Shown: in pieces, positions 1 through 9,043 of the stretch | Layout: every line of letters begins with the position of its first letter | Numbering within the stretch: the first letter of the stretch is position 1 | Source: Candidatus Undinarchaeota archaeon | GTDB taxonomy: Archaea; SpSt-1190; JASMDC01 | Direction: 5' to 3' | NCBI GenBank assembly: GCA_964519305.1 | Contig: CAZFHY010000003.1 | Location: 1 to 64,000, forward strand | DNA: 64,000 nucleotides | Notes under the pieces: generated by a model | The model's input: the letters and a program-made list of their open reading frames with translations, nothing else | The model's database searches: none | What the model was told of the DNA's origin: nothing | Position numbers and translations under genes: made by a program

Positions 1-194
1 GTATCCCTAGAATTTTACAGGAACGCGTGACGGGGGACTACTCGGACAGGCTCAGAAACGGCTAGCATTGTTACGATTCTAATCGTTGATGACGGTATAT
101 CATCCCCCCAAGAGCTCGCACCCCTCGGTCGGCACCACCCACAGCTCTACGGTCATGACATCGTAGTCGAGTCATAGAGATGTTAAAGAATGTG

Positions 195-1232
195 TTATGA
201 CCTCTTTATTGCAGGAACATACAAACCTGACTTACTGGTCCTTCCCCTTACTTTAAGCTCTCCTCCAAATGACCAGTAAGGTATCATATAGCTTTGGTCC
301 TTATCTGAGATTCTACGATAATATAGGTGAACATCTGTTATGTTAAACATCTCCCCATAGGGAGGAGGCCATGCTCCTTGGAGATCACCGGAGACGAGCT
401 TCTGTGCAACCTCGCTGCTGGGGATGAGTCCCGCTTTTGCATATTGATCTAATGGAGGCCATGTTATATCTACCTCTTGAATCGTGCCGTTAATCGTAAG
501 GTGTAAGCTTATCCCTCCCTCGGACGAGATCCCGTCCACGAGTCTACCGAATCCAACCGACACAGACCAGTTGGCCTCGAGTCTCTGTCTTGTTACATTA
601 TCAATCGTGCTTCTTTTATTGTAATTAACTCTTGGATGGTCATATTCGCTCTCGGGCGGGAGCCAGCCGCGCGCCTCCAAGTAGTCTTTTGATATCTTTA
701 TGGCTTGCTCCTTGGTAATCGTCTTCGGTGGGTTTGCGAAGAACGCTCTAGGATCTTCAGAATAATCAGGGGTATAGAAATTTGATGATCGCCAAATTTC
801 AAATTGTCTCTTTTCAGGGTAGAAGCGGACCATGTAATCATCCTCAGTCCAGCCTCCGGGGGACTCGGTGTTCGTGCGCGCCTGGTATTCGGAACATGGT
901 CGTTCATCCGTGGTACAACCTGTCCTAACAAAGGGCTTTGATGATATGTTTGCCTGATTTGCGAATTCGATGAACTTCCCCTCAGGATCGTCTAGGGGAA
1001 GAAGTCGGTACACGGCCAGGTGTGTGTCCGAGGGCAGGTTCGCGTTCACAACGAGGGTTGCCAGTTTAGTGCTATTTTCAGCCATGTGGCCTGACTCGCT
1101 ATAAATATCATCGAGTGGGAGGTTTGCAATCCTCCTTGTGTTTGTGAAATAGTCATACTGTGACAAGAGGGCGAGGAGTAAAACAATTACTACCGACAAG
1201 CCAATCATCATTTTTGTATCATCCATTTTCAT
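195..1232 (-). CDS. Membrane-anchored hypothetical protein (N-terminal TM helix; YcdB/YcdC-like extracellular domain), downstream partner of the DUF6345-like gene
   Basis: ORF 195..1442, start moved to ATG 1232 (or 1226) after a GAGGT RBS and just past the upstream stop at 1246. Hydrophobic segment IGLSVVIVLLLALL; motif ITKEQAIKISKDYLEARGWLP...VSVGFGRLVDGI. Confidence 0.7.
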   Translation of the reverse strand: MKMDDTKMMIGLSVVIVLLLALLSQYDYFTNTRRIANLPLDDIYSESGHMAENSTKLATLVVNANLPSDTHLAVYRLLPLDDPEGKFIEFANQANISSKPFVRTGCTTDERPCSEYQARTNTESPGGWTEDDYMVRFYPEKRQFEIWRSSNFYTPDYSEDPRAFFANPPKTITKEQAIKISKDYLEARGWLPPESEYDHPRVNYNKRSTIDNVTRQRLEANWSVSVGFGRLVDGISSEGGISLHLTINGTIQEVDITWPPLDQYAKAGLIPSSEVAQKLVSGDLQGAWPPPYGEMFNITDVHLYYRRISDKDQSYMIPYWSFGGELKVRGRTSKSGLYVPAIKRS

Positions 1233-1245
1233 GACCTCTATTATC

Positions 1246-2739
1246 TCATGGGTATAAGGGATTACAGTCGAAGAAGTCTTCATCCACGTTCCCAAACGAT
1301 GGATTCGTGCACTGAGCACCAGTACCCCCTTGTCCGTACAGGTAATCGTCCAGGCAATCTGAATCCCGGTAGACAACGCGGACCACAACATCAGATGCTT
1401 CCCAGGTCGCATAAACATCTTTGCATGCTTCCTTCCATGCATCCCATATTTTCATTTCGTCATTTGTACCATCATCCACCATATAGTCAGCCCAATTCTT
1501 CATGAAGTCCTCATCAGAGAAGGGAACAACGGTCGTGAACCCGAGTAGGAGATGCGCCCCATCGCTAGCACCATTAGACATCATTCGGTAACCCCATGTA
1601 TCATAATCCTCATCATCCAACACATAGCATGAGTAGAATGCGAACCAGCGCACGTATTCATCACCTATTCTCATGTCAATAGGATGGACATAGTCCCTTA
1701 TTCGGTCGTTTCTTTTAAGAGATAACTTTGTAGGTAAACCGCCTGTTGAATTGCCACAATAGATGGATAGCGATTGATCGTCGATGCCCCAGTTTGCATC
1801 CTCGCCATAGGACTTTTGCTCATAATCTACGAAGTCCATCTCCCAGACGTCATCTCCCTCCCATCGATGCTTCTTAGTCCAACCTGAGCCGTTGTCGTCA
1901 ATCTCGTCCTCAAAGTAAGTGGCACCTGAGATGCACTGTGGATGTGCGACGTCGTCGGGAAGGAATAGCCCATATGTTTTGTTGTTCGAATGGTCATCGG
2001 TCAGTGGATATCGCACCCAGTAGAACTTCAGTTTCCTCGGTTCAGGGCCTTGCTGTATGCTATCATTAAGGCCCCACGTTATGGTGGCCTTCCTAAGGTA
2101 CTGTGTCTCATCCCAGTTGTAGGCTTCATATAAGACCTTGCGATAGTTCGCATCCCTGACCTCGACCTTGTCTTGGTAGAAGGGGTCGGGGATGTCGTCC
2201 TTGTGGAAGGTGATTCTTGCCCGCGTCCTCTCGCGATACGTCCACATGGTGTTGACAGAGACGGGTATCCGCCAGAAGGAGGAGTCTTTATCATAGGAGA
2301 TAACAGTGATGCCTGAGAACACTTTTGTGATATTATTGAAGCTATCGCTCGTGATATCAATCGGAATCGCCTTGGAATTTCCCGTGTTAGTTGCCTTGAA
2401 TTTGAAGACTGCGACCGCGTCGCTTCCAGGCGGGATTGTGCCGAGATCGACCGTCTTACATGTCTGGGGTACTGAACACCAGTCACCCAGCGCCTTCTTG
2501 CTCGCCTTGAATAAGAAGACAACATCGTCGAATCCGCCCAGTACCGCTTTAACATTCTGGTATGCTTCCCCGTCGCTGTTTGTCACCTTCAACGCGAGTG
2601 TGAAATGCACTGTCCGCGGTATGTTACCCAACGTCCCATCTGAGATGTCCGGTGAGTTGTCCACCGTCGGTGCACCTAGACATGAGATAATTAGTAAGAA
2701 TGCAGAAACAAGAAGTATCCAAACGTTTTTCACGCTCAT
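1246..2739 (-). CDS. Secreted protein: Ig/CARDB-like domain, DUF2341-like segment, C-terminal DUF6345-like domain
   Basis: Signal peptide MSVKNVWILLVSAFLLIISCLGA starts 1 nt after the upstream stop. VDLGTIPPGS is Ig-like. GDEYVRWFAFYSCYVL...GAHLLLGFTT...IWDAWK resembles DUF6345 as recalled. Confidence 0.65.
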   Translation of the reverse strand: MSVKNVWILLVSAFLLIISCLGAPTVDNSPDISDGTLGNIPRTVHFTLALKVTNSDGEAYQNVKAVLGGFDDVVFLFKASKKALGDWCSVPQTCKTVDLGTIPPGSDAVAVFKFKATNTGNSKAIPIDITSDSFNNITKVFSGITVISYDKDSSFWRIPVSVNTMWTYRERTRARITFHKDDIPDPFYQDKVEVRDANYRKVLYEAYNWDETQYLRKATITWGLNDSIQQGPEPRKLKFYWVRYPLTDDHSNNKTYGLFLPDDVAHPQCISGATYFEDEIDDNGSGWTKKHRWEGDDVWEMDFVDYEQKSYGEDANWGIDDQSLSIYCGNSTGGLPTKLSLKRNDRIRDYVHPIDMRIGDEYVRWFAFYSCYVLDDEDYDTWGYRMMSNGASDGAHLLLGFTTVVPFSDEDFMKNWADYMVDDGTNDEMKIWDAWKEACKDVYATWEASDVVVRVVYRDSDCLDDYLYGQGGTGAQCTNPSFGNVDEDFFDCNPLYP

Positions 2740-2740
2740 T

Positions 2741-5700
2741 TCAGGCACCTCCTTGGTCTCCTTCGTTCTTCTCAACATCTCCGACCGCAACCTCGATATT
2801 CATGGGGATGGACGGCCCGACAGTGTCGTTTCCTAAGTTCTCGGTTTCGTCGTCCATCCGGAAGTGGATGTAGTACTCCTCACCGTCCAAACTCATCGTT
2901 CCATTCGTCAACCATTCCGTGTCCCACTCGGCCGAGCATGACCGGTGTGTGCTATTCGAGTCCCACGTACGTATCCCGCGGTCAGCATCGGTCGAGCTTG
3001 AGCCCCCACCACCGGTGAGCGGGCCTGAGCCCGAGGAGCCGGGCTCGTATGCGTCGTTGTCAGAGACCGCGCCGGCCCACTTGATGTAGTGCTCACCGTC
3101 ACCACCGCCGGCACGTGTGTCGAGTGATACGATCCACGAGGTGGTGCCGTTCATACCGTAGCCGGGGAGCGTTGTTTCCACCCATCCCGCTTCGCCGGCA
3201 GGGATGTCTTCAAGGTCTATGGTGCCCGATGCCGGCCTGTTGCCGCTTCCGAGGTAGACGCGGAAGCCGTGGGACAGGTAATCGAACGTACGTGTTGTCG
3301 TATCATACTGACGGGGCAGGTCATACCAGGGATTGTCCTCCAGCCGCCATATGAGGTGTGCGCTGCTATCCGTGACATCGCCGTCGAAGTCGCTATTGTA
3401 GTGCCAGTATGCCTCACCGGAGCCACCTTCCTCACGGACCACGATGGCGTACCGGACGCCCGAACCAAGTCGGGTGCTCCCGTGGAACCGCACGGGGATC
3501 CATTCCTCGCACCCCGACGCGCACTCGGGAAGGACGGACATCGGGATACGCTCCTCGGCGAGGATGTTCCCTCGTGGTGTGAAGTCGACAGGCCCGTCGA
3601 CACGCACGGTGAGGTAGTGGAGGGAGTCTTCGTACCATTCGGTGTTATTCCCGTACCAGCCGTATGCACCGAACTCACCGTTGCCCTCGGCCCCCCAGAC
3701 GATCCTGTTGTCGTAGTCACCACCATCCTCCTTCTGCTTGACCACCACCGTGTACCACGTCCCCGGTGTCAGCGAGGGGCCGCTGGTGAAGTCGACGTAG
3801 AGAACCTGGTAGTTCGTCGTGATAGAGCCAGCAGGGATCTCGCCAGAGGCGATGACGCCGGTCTCGGGCTTACCTGTGGAAACGTCAGCCCCACGTATCT
3901 GCACGATGACGTCGCTCGGGCTCCCCACCTTCTTGAGGTAGAGCCCTAACCGGTTGACGGACGTACCGACATCAGTGTAGAAGGTGTTCGCACCATGTCG
4001 GGTACCATAGACGTTCCCAGAGGAAGCGTGGTTCGTGTAGCTGTACGCAATCACGTCGTAATCACCAGCCGTCTCCTCGATGCTCACCAGTAGGTCGCTA
4101 CCGCCGTCGCCCGGAGTGTGCATGAGCATCTCGACTCGATCCAGTGTACCGCTTGTCCCCGGTGTGAACACCTGGCCACGATAGCCCCTGTTCAGGATGG
4201 ACGCGCTGTCGTCCGTGCTGGTGTGTGAATCGGTTAGCGTCCCGCCTGTTGGCGCATCAGGGATGCCATCTCGGTCGGTGTCGGGGTAGAGGGATACACC
4301 GACGTTCGTCGGTGTGTTGGAGTTATTGGTAAACGCCTTGAAGGTGTAGACGTAGGTCGATGACGTCGTCCACGTGGTACCTGAGTCGGAGGATGTATAT
4401 GAGTTGCCCCTTGTGTAGATGTCGGCCGAGCTCGACGACCGGCGCCAGTTGTATCTGTTTGAAGAGCTACCTCCGTCCCCTGTCTGATAGGCGACGATGG
4501 CGTAGAGTTGGTGGGCCGTAAGCGAGGGCGGGCTCGAGAACGTGGCCGTCGTCCACTCGGGTGACTCACCGACATCGGACGCAGACACAGTAGCAGTCGC
4601 GAGCACGGTCGAGGTCATATTCCCGCACATCTCTGGATTCTTACAGTCCTCATCCGTACGGTTGACATCCCTGATCTCGACGACCAGATCGGCCGGTGAA
4701 CCGACCACCGAGAGCTTTAGGTCGACCTCGCTGAGTGTGATGCTGTGCTGCGGCCTGAAAGCCATACCCTCATGGTTCGCGCCATGGATCCACGCGTCAC
4801 CGTCACCGCTGAAAGAGGCCTGCTCCACCGCCCATCGTCCATTCGGATCGTTATAGTGGGTGCGAAACGTCTGGTCGTAGTAGTCGGTGCCCGTGTCGAG
4901 CATCTCCCACCCGCCCCCAGTGTCCTTCATCATCTTACCATCCGTGTACGGATCCTGCGTACTGGTTTTGTACTTCCACCTGATACTGTTCCCGTCCGAA
5001 CAGTCGGTACACGTCAGGACGATGACGTATACCGTGCCCGAGGATAGGTATGGTGGGGTTAGGAACTCCACCTCGAACCAGTCGGGAGAGCTAGGCAGCT
5101 CGCCCCGGACGAACGATCGCGAGGCCAGCGATGCACCCGTCGGGAATTCGTCCTCGCCTGTCGCGTAGACGGATACATTGAGCTCGTCGCTGGTGCCGGT
5201 CCCATACTCCCAGAGATAGAGCTCGAGCTTGGGAAGATAGCCTGAAATACCGGCGGTGAAGTTCTGACCATAATAACGGGACCCATAGATTTCTGCCTCG
5301 TTCGTGTATCCGTCCTGCCATTGGTCGAGCACCGGGAAGTACCGCCTAAGGCGTAGCATCAACTTCTCAGCATTATAAATGCCCTTGCCATCGGTCACGA
5401 TAAAGGCACGGTCGGCATTGGCGTCCACGTCGGACCACGCGGCGGCCCCGGCCTTGGTGAGGAACTTACCGCCATTGTACGTGTCGGTGGACGTGTCCGA
5501 ACCCCACCACCGCCACACCTCCTTGTCGGCGTCGGCGACCTCGAGCACGATGCAGTACGAGCTGCTGCTGACGAGTGATACTGAAAGACCTGAAGCGACG
5601 ACCCATCCGGACGACGTGCCCACGTAATTGGAGCTAACACTCACCTTGGAGAGGAGCGAGTCGGGCTCGTCGTCATCGTCTGTGTCTGAGTAGACGCTGA

Positions 5701-6757
5701 CGTTGAGCGATTCCGATGGTGTGCCGTCACGGCTGAGGACGAGGGCAACCCTGTCCATGGTGTATGTGCTGCCTGCGCTGAACGACTGGGAAAGTTTTCG
5801 AGTGTTGCCCGCACCTGCGATCCACGCCCGGAACGCGCGGTCGTCGTTATCGTATACATACCATGTCGAACCGCTGTTCGCTGTGAAAAGGAAGTCGCCC
5901 TCATCATAGCAATCCGTACCTGGACACCCTCGCCACCGATAGTGATTGTCAGCATTCCCGCCGCCATTCTCGGTCTTGATGTAGATGACGTAACCGTTCC
6001 CCGATGTGACGCTATAGGGGCTTGAGAACGTCGCGTTCTCCCAGCTCCCGTCCTCTGAAGTATCGCCCTTCGCGATGGTTGTCGACGCGAGTAGTGAGCC
6101 CGTTGGCTTGTGGTTGGTGTCCGCGGCGTACAATCGCACTTCAAGGTCGTCCGAAAGGCTCGAGTGCTCGTACAGCTTGATATACATCTCGAACTTCATC
6201 AGGTCGCCCGATGTCGTTGGCTCGAAGTACTGGCCCGCGTACCGGCTCCCGTAGGTGGATGAACCGGTGGAGCCGGTGTCCGAGTCCTGCTTCACATCAA
6301 GCTCTGCACCCCCCGCGGATGCGAACCCCTGCCAGTCATCAGAGACTGCGCTCTGGGTCTGGTCGGCGCCCGCGATAATGCTCTGAGTCAGGCAATCGTG
6401 AATGGAGGTGATTGCGGTTTCGTCGGCGAGAGAATCCATCTGTCCTTGGTCCTCGATCATAGATGGGGCGGTCTCGGTGACGTTATCCGATGTCCATGCA
6501 GACGTGCAGGTCGTGTTCGTTGTCGAGATGCACCACTCGCAGCTACCGAACCGGATGGCGGTATCGTCCGATATCTCGGCGATGAGCGTCACTGTGTCCT
6601 TCACCTGACTTTCGGAATCGCTCACGGCGACCGTGGGGCCAGTCGTGTCGGTACAGAGCGCAGGAGCCAAAAGGATGACGAGTATCATCGTGATAAAACA
6701 GGTATCCCTCAATGCAATAATATGTGTATACTCCATATTGTGTATGAAGAACTGCAT
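2741..6757 (-). CDS. 1338-aa secreted protein with seven nested copies of a choice-of-anchor-R-like beta-sandwich inside a split Ig-like domain
   Basis: Signal peptide FITMILVILLAPALC. Recurrent unit GQxFxxxxSGxLxxxxLxL...LxVxxY...PxGxxLAS...W....F......G..YxIV...W.....Y..G...DxxFR. RBS GGAAGGT precedes ATG 6757. Confidence 0.85.
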   Translation of the reverse strand: MQFFIHNMEYTHIIALRDTCFITMILVILLAPALCTDTTGPTVAVSDSESQVKDTVTLIAEISDDTAIRFGSCEWCISTTNTTCTSAWTSDNVTETAPSMIEDQGQMDSLADETAITSIHDCLTQSIIAGADQTQSAVSDDWQGFASAGGAELDVKQDSDTGSTGSSTYGSRYAGQYFEPTTSGDLMKFEMYIKLYEHSSLSDDLEVRLYAADTNHKPTGSLLASTTIAKGDTSEDGSWENATFSSPYSVTSGNGYVIYIKTENGGGNADNHYRWRGCPGTDCYDEGDFLFTANSGSTWYVYDNDDRAFRAWIAGAGNTRKLSQSFSAGSTYTMDRVALVLSRDGTPSESLNVSVYSDTDDDDEPDSLLSKVSVSSNYVGTSSGWVVASGLSVSLVSSSSYCIVLEVADADKEVWRWWGSDTSTDTYNGGKFLTKAGAAAWSDVDANADRAFIVTDGKGIYNAEKLMLRLRRYFPVLDQWQDGYTNEAEIYGSRYYGQNFTAGISGYLPKLELYLWEYGTGTSDELNVSVYATGEDEFPTGASLASRSFVRGELPSSPDWFEVEFLTPPYLSSGTVYVIVLTCTDCSDGNSIRWKYKTSTQDPYTDGKMMKDTGGGWEMLDTGTDYYDQTFRTHYNDPNGRWAVEQASFSGDGDAWIHGANHEGMAFRPQHSITLSEVDLKLSVVGSPADLVVEIRDVNRTDEDCKNPEMCGNMTSTVLATATVSASDVGESPEWTTATFSSPPSLTAHQLYAIVAYQTGDGGSSSNRYNWRRSSSSADIYTRGNSYTSSDSGTTWTTSSTYVYTFKAFTNNSNTPTNVGVSLYPDTDRDGIPDAPTGGTLTDSHTSTDDSASILNRGYRGQVFTPGTSGTLDRVEMLMHTPGDGGSDLLVSIEETAGDYDVIAYSYTNHASSGNVYGTRHGANTFYTDVGTSVNRLGLYLKKVGSPSDVIVQIRGADVSTGKPETGVIASGEIPAGSITTNYQVLYVDFTSGPSLTPGTWYTVVVKQKEDGGDYDNRIVWGAEGNGEFGAYGWYGNNTEWYEDSLHYLTVRVDGPVDFTPRGNILAEERIPMSVLPECASGCEEWIPVRFHGSTRLGSGVRYAIVVREEGGSGEAYWHYNSDFDGDVTDSSAHLIWRLEDNPWYDLPRQYDTTTRTFDYLSHGFRVYLGSGNRPASGTIDLEDIPAGEAGWVETTLPGYGMNGTTSWIVSLDTRAGGGDGEHYIKWAGAVSDNDAYEPGSSGSGPLTGGGGSSSTDADRGIRTWDSNSTHRSCSAEWDTEWLTNGTMSLDGEEYYIHFRMDDETENLGNDTVGPSIPMNIEVAVGDVEKNEGDQGGA

Positions 6758-7282
6758 GGATTACCTTCCCCCGGAGTACAGTATAAGTCACTACTGATAT
6801 TAATACATTTCCCTAGTGCATTTTTCGGTGTCCAATCAAGGCATTTTGTAAGAATTATATTGGGGGGGCCGCTTTAGTAAAATGACAGAGCCCCGCTTGA
6901 TGTTTCTCACTGGACATCTGGGCCACAACGAGATCCGAACCATGTGCCACCACGCCCTCCAACACCCCATTTACGTATTGTTCAAGTAGAGAATAGGTCA
7001 GGAGGTGATCTGGTAAAGGTGTCAATAGGATAGAATGAGCCTGCCGATTTGCTAGTAGACTCGTGCGCGAATCCCGTCACCGGACACCGATCATCCGTTG
7101 GCTCCACTCTAGATCGGAGTCGTTGTCTTCTAGTCTAGCGTTTCTCCCAATTTTTACCGGTAAATCCCGACCCCAAATCCCGTTCCCGGCGCTTATCATT
7201 CAATGACACAGGAATACTCGCTTAGGGATGGGCACTGTCGACGTGACAGATCCTGCAGAAATAATGTGCCGAAATGACAATG

Positions 7283-7290
7283 TATATAAG
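7283..7290 (+). promoter_or_regulatory. Archaeal TATA box for tfb-tbp (probably leaderless mRNA)
   Basis: TATATAAG with an A-rich BRE-like stretch upstream, about 26 nt before ATG 7316. Confidence 0.7.
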
Positions 7291-7315
7291 ACAGGGACAT
7301 AGTCCGGAGCCTTGA

Positions 7316-8386
7316 ATGGATTTTATCACTGATTGTCCTGAATGTGGTTCAAAGGACCTGCAGAACGATGCCGTCCGTGCGGAGCTCATATGCTCAACGT
7401 GCGGTCTCGTCATCAGTGAATCCATGGTGGACACCGGTAAGGAGTGGCGCTCGTTCAGCGAAGACTCCAACAACGATAAGGAGCGTGTCGGTGCTCCATT
7501 GTCCGTAACGAAGCACGACGGCGGGTTGTCCACGAACCTCGGCTCCAAGGCCGATATCAATAAGCTGCCAAGCGACCAGAAGAGGCATCAGTACAAGCGT
7601 CTCAGTAAATGGCAGAACCGTTTCGCTACACCTTCCAAGGACCTCGCTCTCAGGGACGGTCTAACCGATCTTACCCGCGCGGTCTCCTTCCTAAACCTAC
7701 CCCGAATCGTAGAGGAACAGACGGCCTTCCTATACCGGAAGTTCATCAAGAAGTGCAGAATCCGCGGACGCTCATCCGACTGCGTTCTCGCTGGAGTACT
7801 CTATGCTGTGTGCAAGCAGAACAAGTGCCCTGTGACCCTCAAGGACCTCTCCCAGGTTTTCCGTAGGCCAAAAAGGGATATCGGCAAGGCCCACCGTCTC
7901 GTCTCGCGGCGACTCGGTCTCAGGATCGCACCAGCGAGTCCTGAGGAGTTCATTCCCAAGTTCTCATCAGGACTGGAGGTCCCCCGGGATGTGGAGATGG
8001 AGGCCTTACGCATAGTCCGATCGGCCGAGGAGACCGATATCACGAACGGTAAGGATCCTAAGGGTGTCGCCCTGGCGGCGCTTTACCTCGCAGCGAAGAT
8101 CAACGGGATGGGATTCACCCAGAAGCAGGCGGCCTTCGTGGCCGGCATCACAGAGATCACGCTCCGGAACCGATGTCACGAGCTCAAGGAGCTCCTCGGT
8201 TTGGAACTGACAGGTGAACGAAGCAGCCGCAGGGGCCGAGCACGTGCAAGAAAAGTTACCATTTCATCCTCGACGCTCCCGGACGAGGAGGTTTTTGGAT
8301 CGGACTTAATCGTGGAGCCGATCAAGGAACCTGTCAGAACGGGAACATTATTGGAGATAGCAGCCGCCTCAAGGCTCAATTCCTGA
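7316..8386 (+). CDS. tfb: Transcription initiation factor IIB (TFB), divergent, with C-terminal extension
   Basis: Zn ribbon CPECGS...CSTCG; B-reader DTGKEWRSF; RVGAP...HDGGLST; two cyclin repeats (RGRS.., GKDPKGVALAALYLA, ITEITLRNR). Confidence 0.96.
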   Translation: MDFITDCPECGSKDLQNDAVRAELICSTCGLVISESMVDTGKEWRSFSEDSNNDKERVGAPLSVTKHDGGLSTNLGSKADINKLPSDQKRHQYKRLSKWQNRFATPSKDLALRDGLTDLTRAVSFLNLPRIVEEQTAFLYRKFIKKCRIRGRSSDCVLAGVLYAVCKQNKCPVTLKDLSQVFRRPKRDIGKAHRLVSRRLGLRIAPASPEEFIPKFSSGLEVPRDVEMEALRIVRSAEETDITNGKDPKGVALAALYLAAKINGMGFTQKQAAFVAGITEITLRNRCHELKELLGLELTGERSSRRGRARARKVTISSSTLPDEEVFGSDLIVEPIKEPVRTGTLLEIAAASRLNS

Positions 8387-8402
8387 AAAAACGGAGAAGA
8401 CA

Positions 8403-8948
8403 ATGACCAAGATCGAGATGACCGTGCAGAACATAGTCGCGTCCGTCAACCTACACTGCAAGATCCCCCTCGAGAGGGTGGCAGCGGGGCTCGACAATGC
8501 CGAGTTCAATCCAGAGAGCTTCCCTGGTCTCGTCCTGCGCCTGACGACACCTAAGTCTGTGAACCTGCTTTTCGGTACGGGGAAGATGGTGTGCACAGGG
8601 GGGGACAGCATCGATGTCGTTGAAGCATCGGTGGGGAAGGTGAAGGAGACGCTTGCGGATTTTGGTGTGGAGTTCAGGAGTGAGCCCGACGTAAGGGTTG
8701 TGAACCTGGTGACATCCGTGAAGACCGACCTCGAGCTCAACCTGGACAGGCTCGCTTACCGATTGGAAGGGATGGAGTACGAACCTGAGCAGTTCCCGGG
8801 GATGGTATACCGGACAATAAAGCCAAAAGCAGCGGTCCTGATGTTCAGCACGGGCAACTTTGTCGTTGCGGGCGTGAGGAGCCTGGAAGAGGCACGGGAC
8901 GTGTTCGGGAAGGTACTAGAGAAGCTGAAGGAAGTCGGGGAGATCTAG
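8403..8948 (+). CDS. tbp: TATA-box binding protein
   Basis: VQNIVAS; FNPESFPGLVLRL..PK; YEPEQFPGMVYR...PK; two-fold TBP repeat; GGAG RBS upstream. Confidence 0.96.
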   Translation: MTKIEMTVQNIVASVNLHCKIPLERVAAGLDNAEFNPESFPGLVLRLTTPKSVNLLFGTGKMVCTGGDSIDVVEASVGKVKETLADFGVEFRSEPDVRVVNLVTSVKTDLELNLDRLAYRLEGMEYEPEQFPGMVYRTIKPKAAVLMFSTGNFVVAGVRSLEEARDVFGKVLEKLKEVGEI

Positions 8949-9043
8949 CTCGATCCCTTTCTCCCGTTCTTTACGCCTGATTAAAACAATAGATCACAGA
9001 ATTGGCCTTCTAGCGATCACGAGGCGCCTTTCAGATAGGAAGA

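Noticed and set aside
73-104. Two small inverted repeats (ACGATT-ct-AATCGT; GATGA...TCATC)
   Set aside because: Short stems at the window edge; they could be a terminator or chance, with insufficient support.
7001-7033. Perfect GGAGGTGA Shine-Dalgarno sequence in the intergenic region
   Set aside because: It is followed only by a 4-codon ORF (GTG TCA ATA GGA TAG); no credible gene.
7018-7088. tRNA-like stretch (GGTGTC...GACACC ends, CGAATCC loop)
   Set aside because: No pairing anticodon stem, no GTTC T-loop consensus and a mismatched seventh acceptor pair; probably chance. tRNAscan-SE would settle it.
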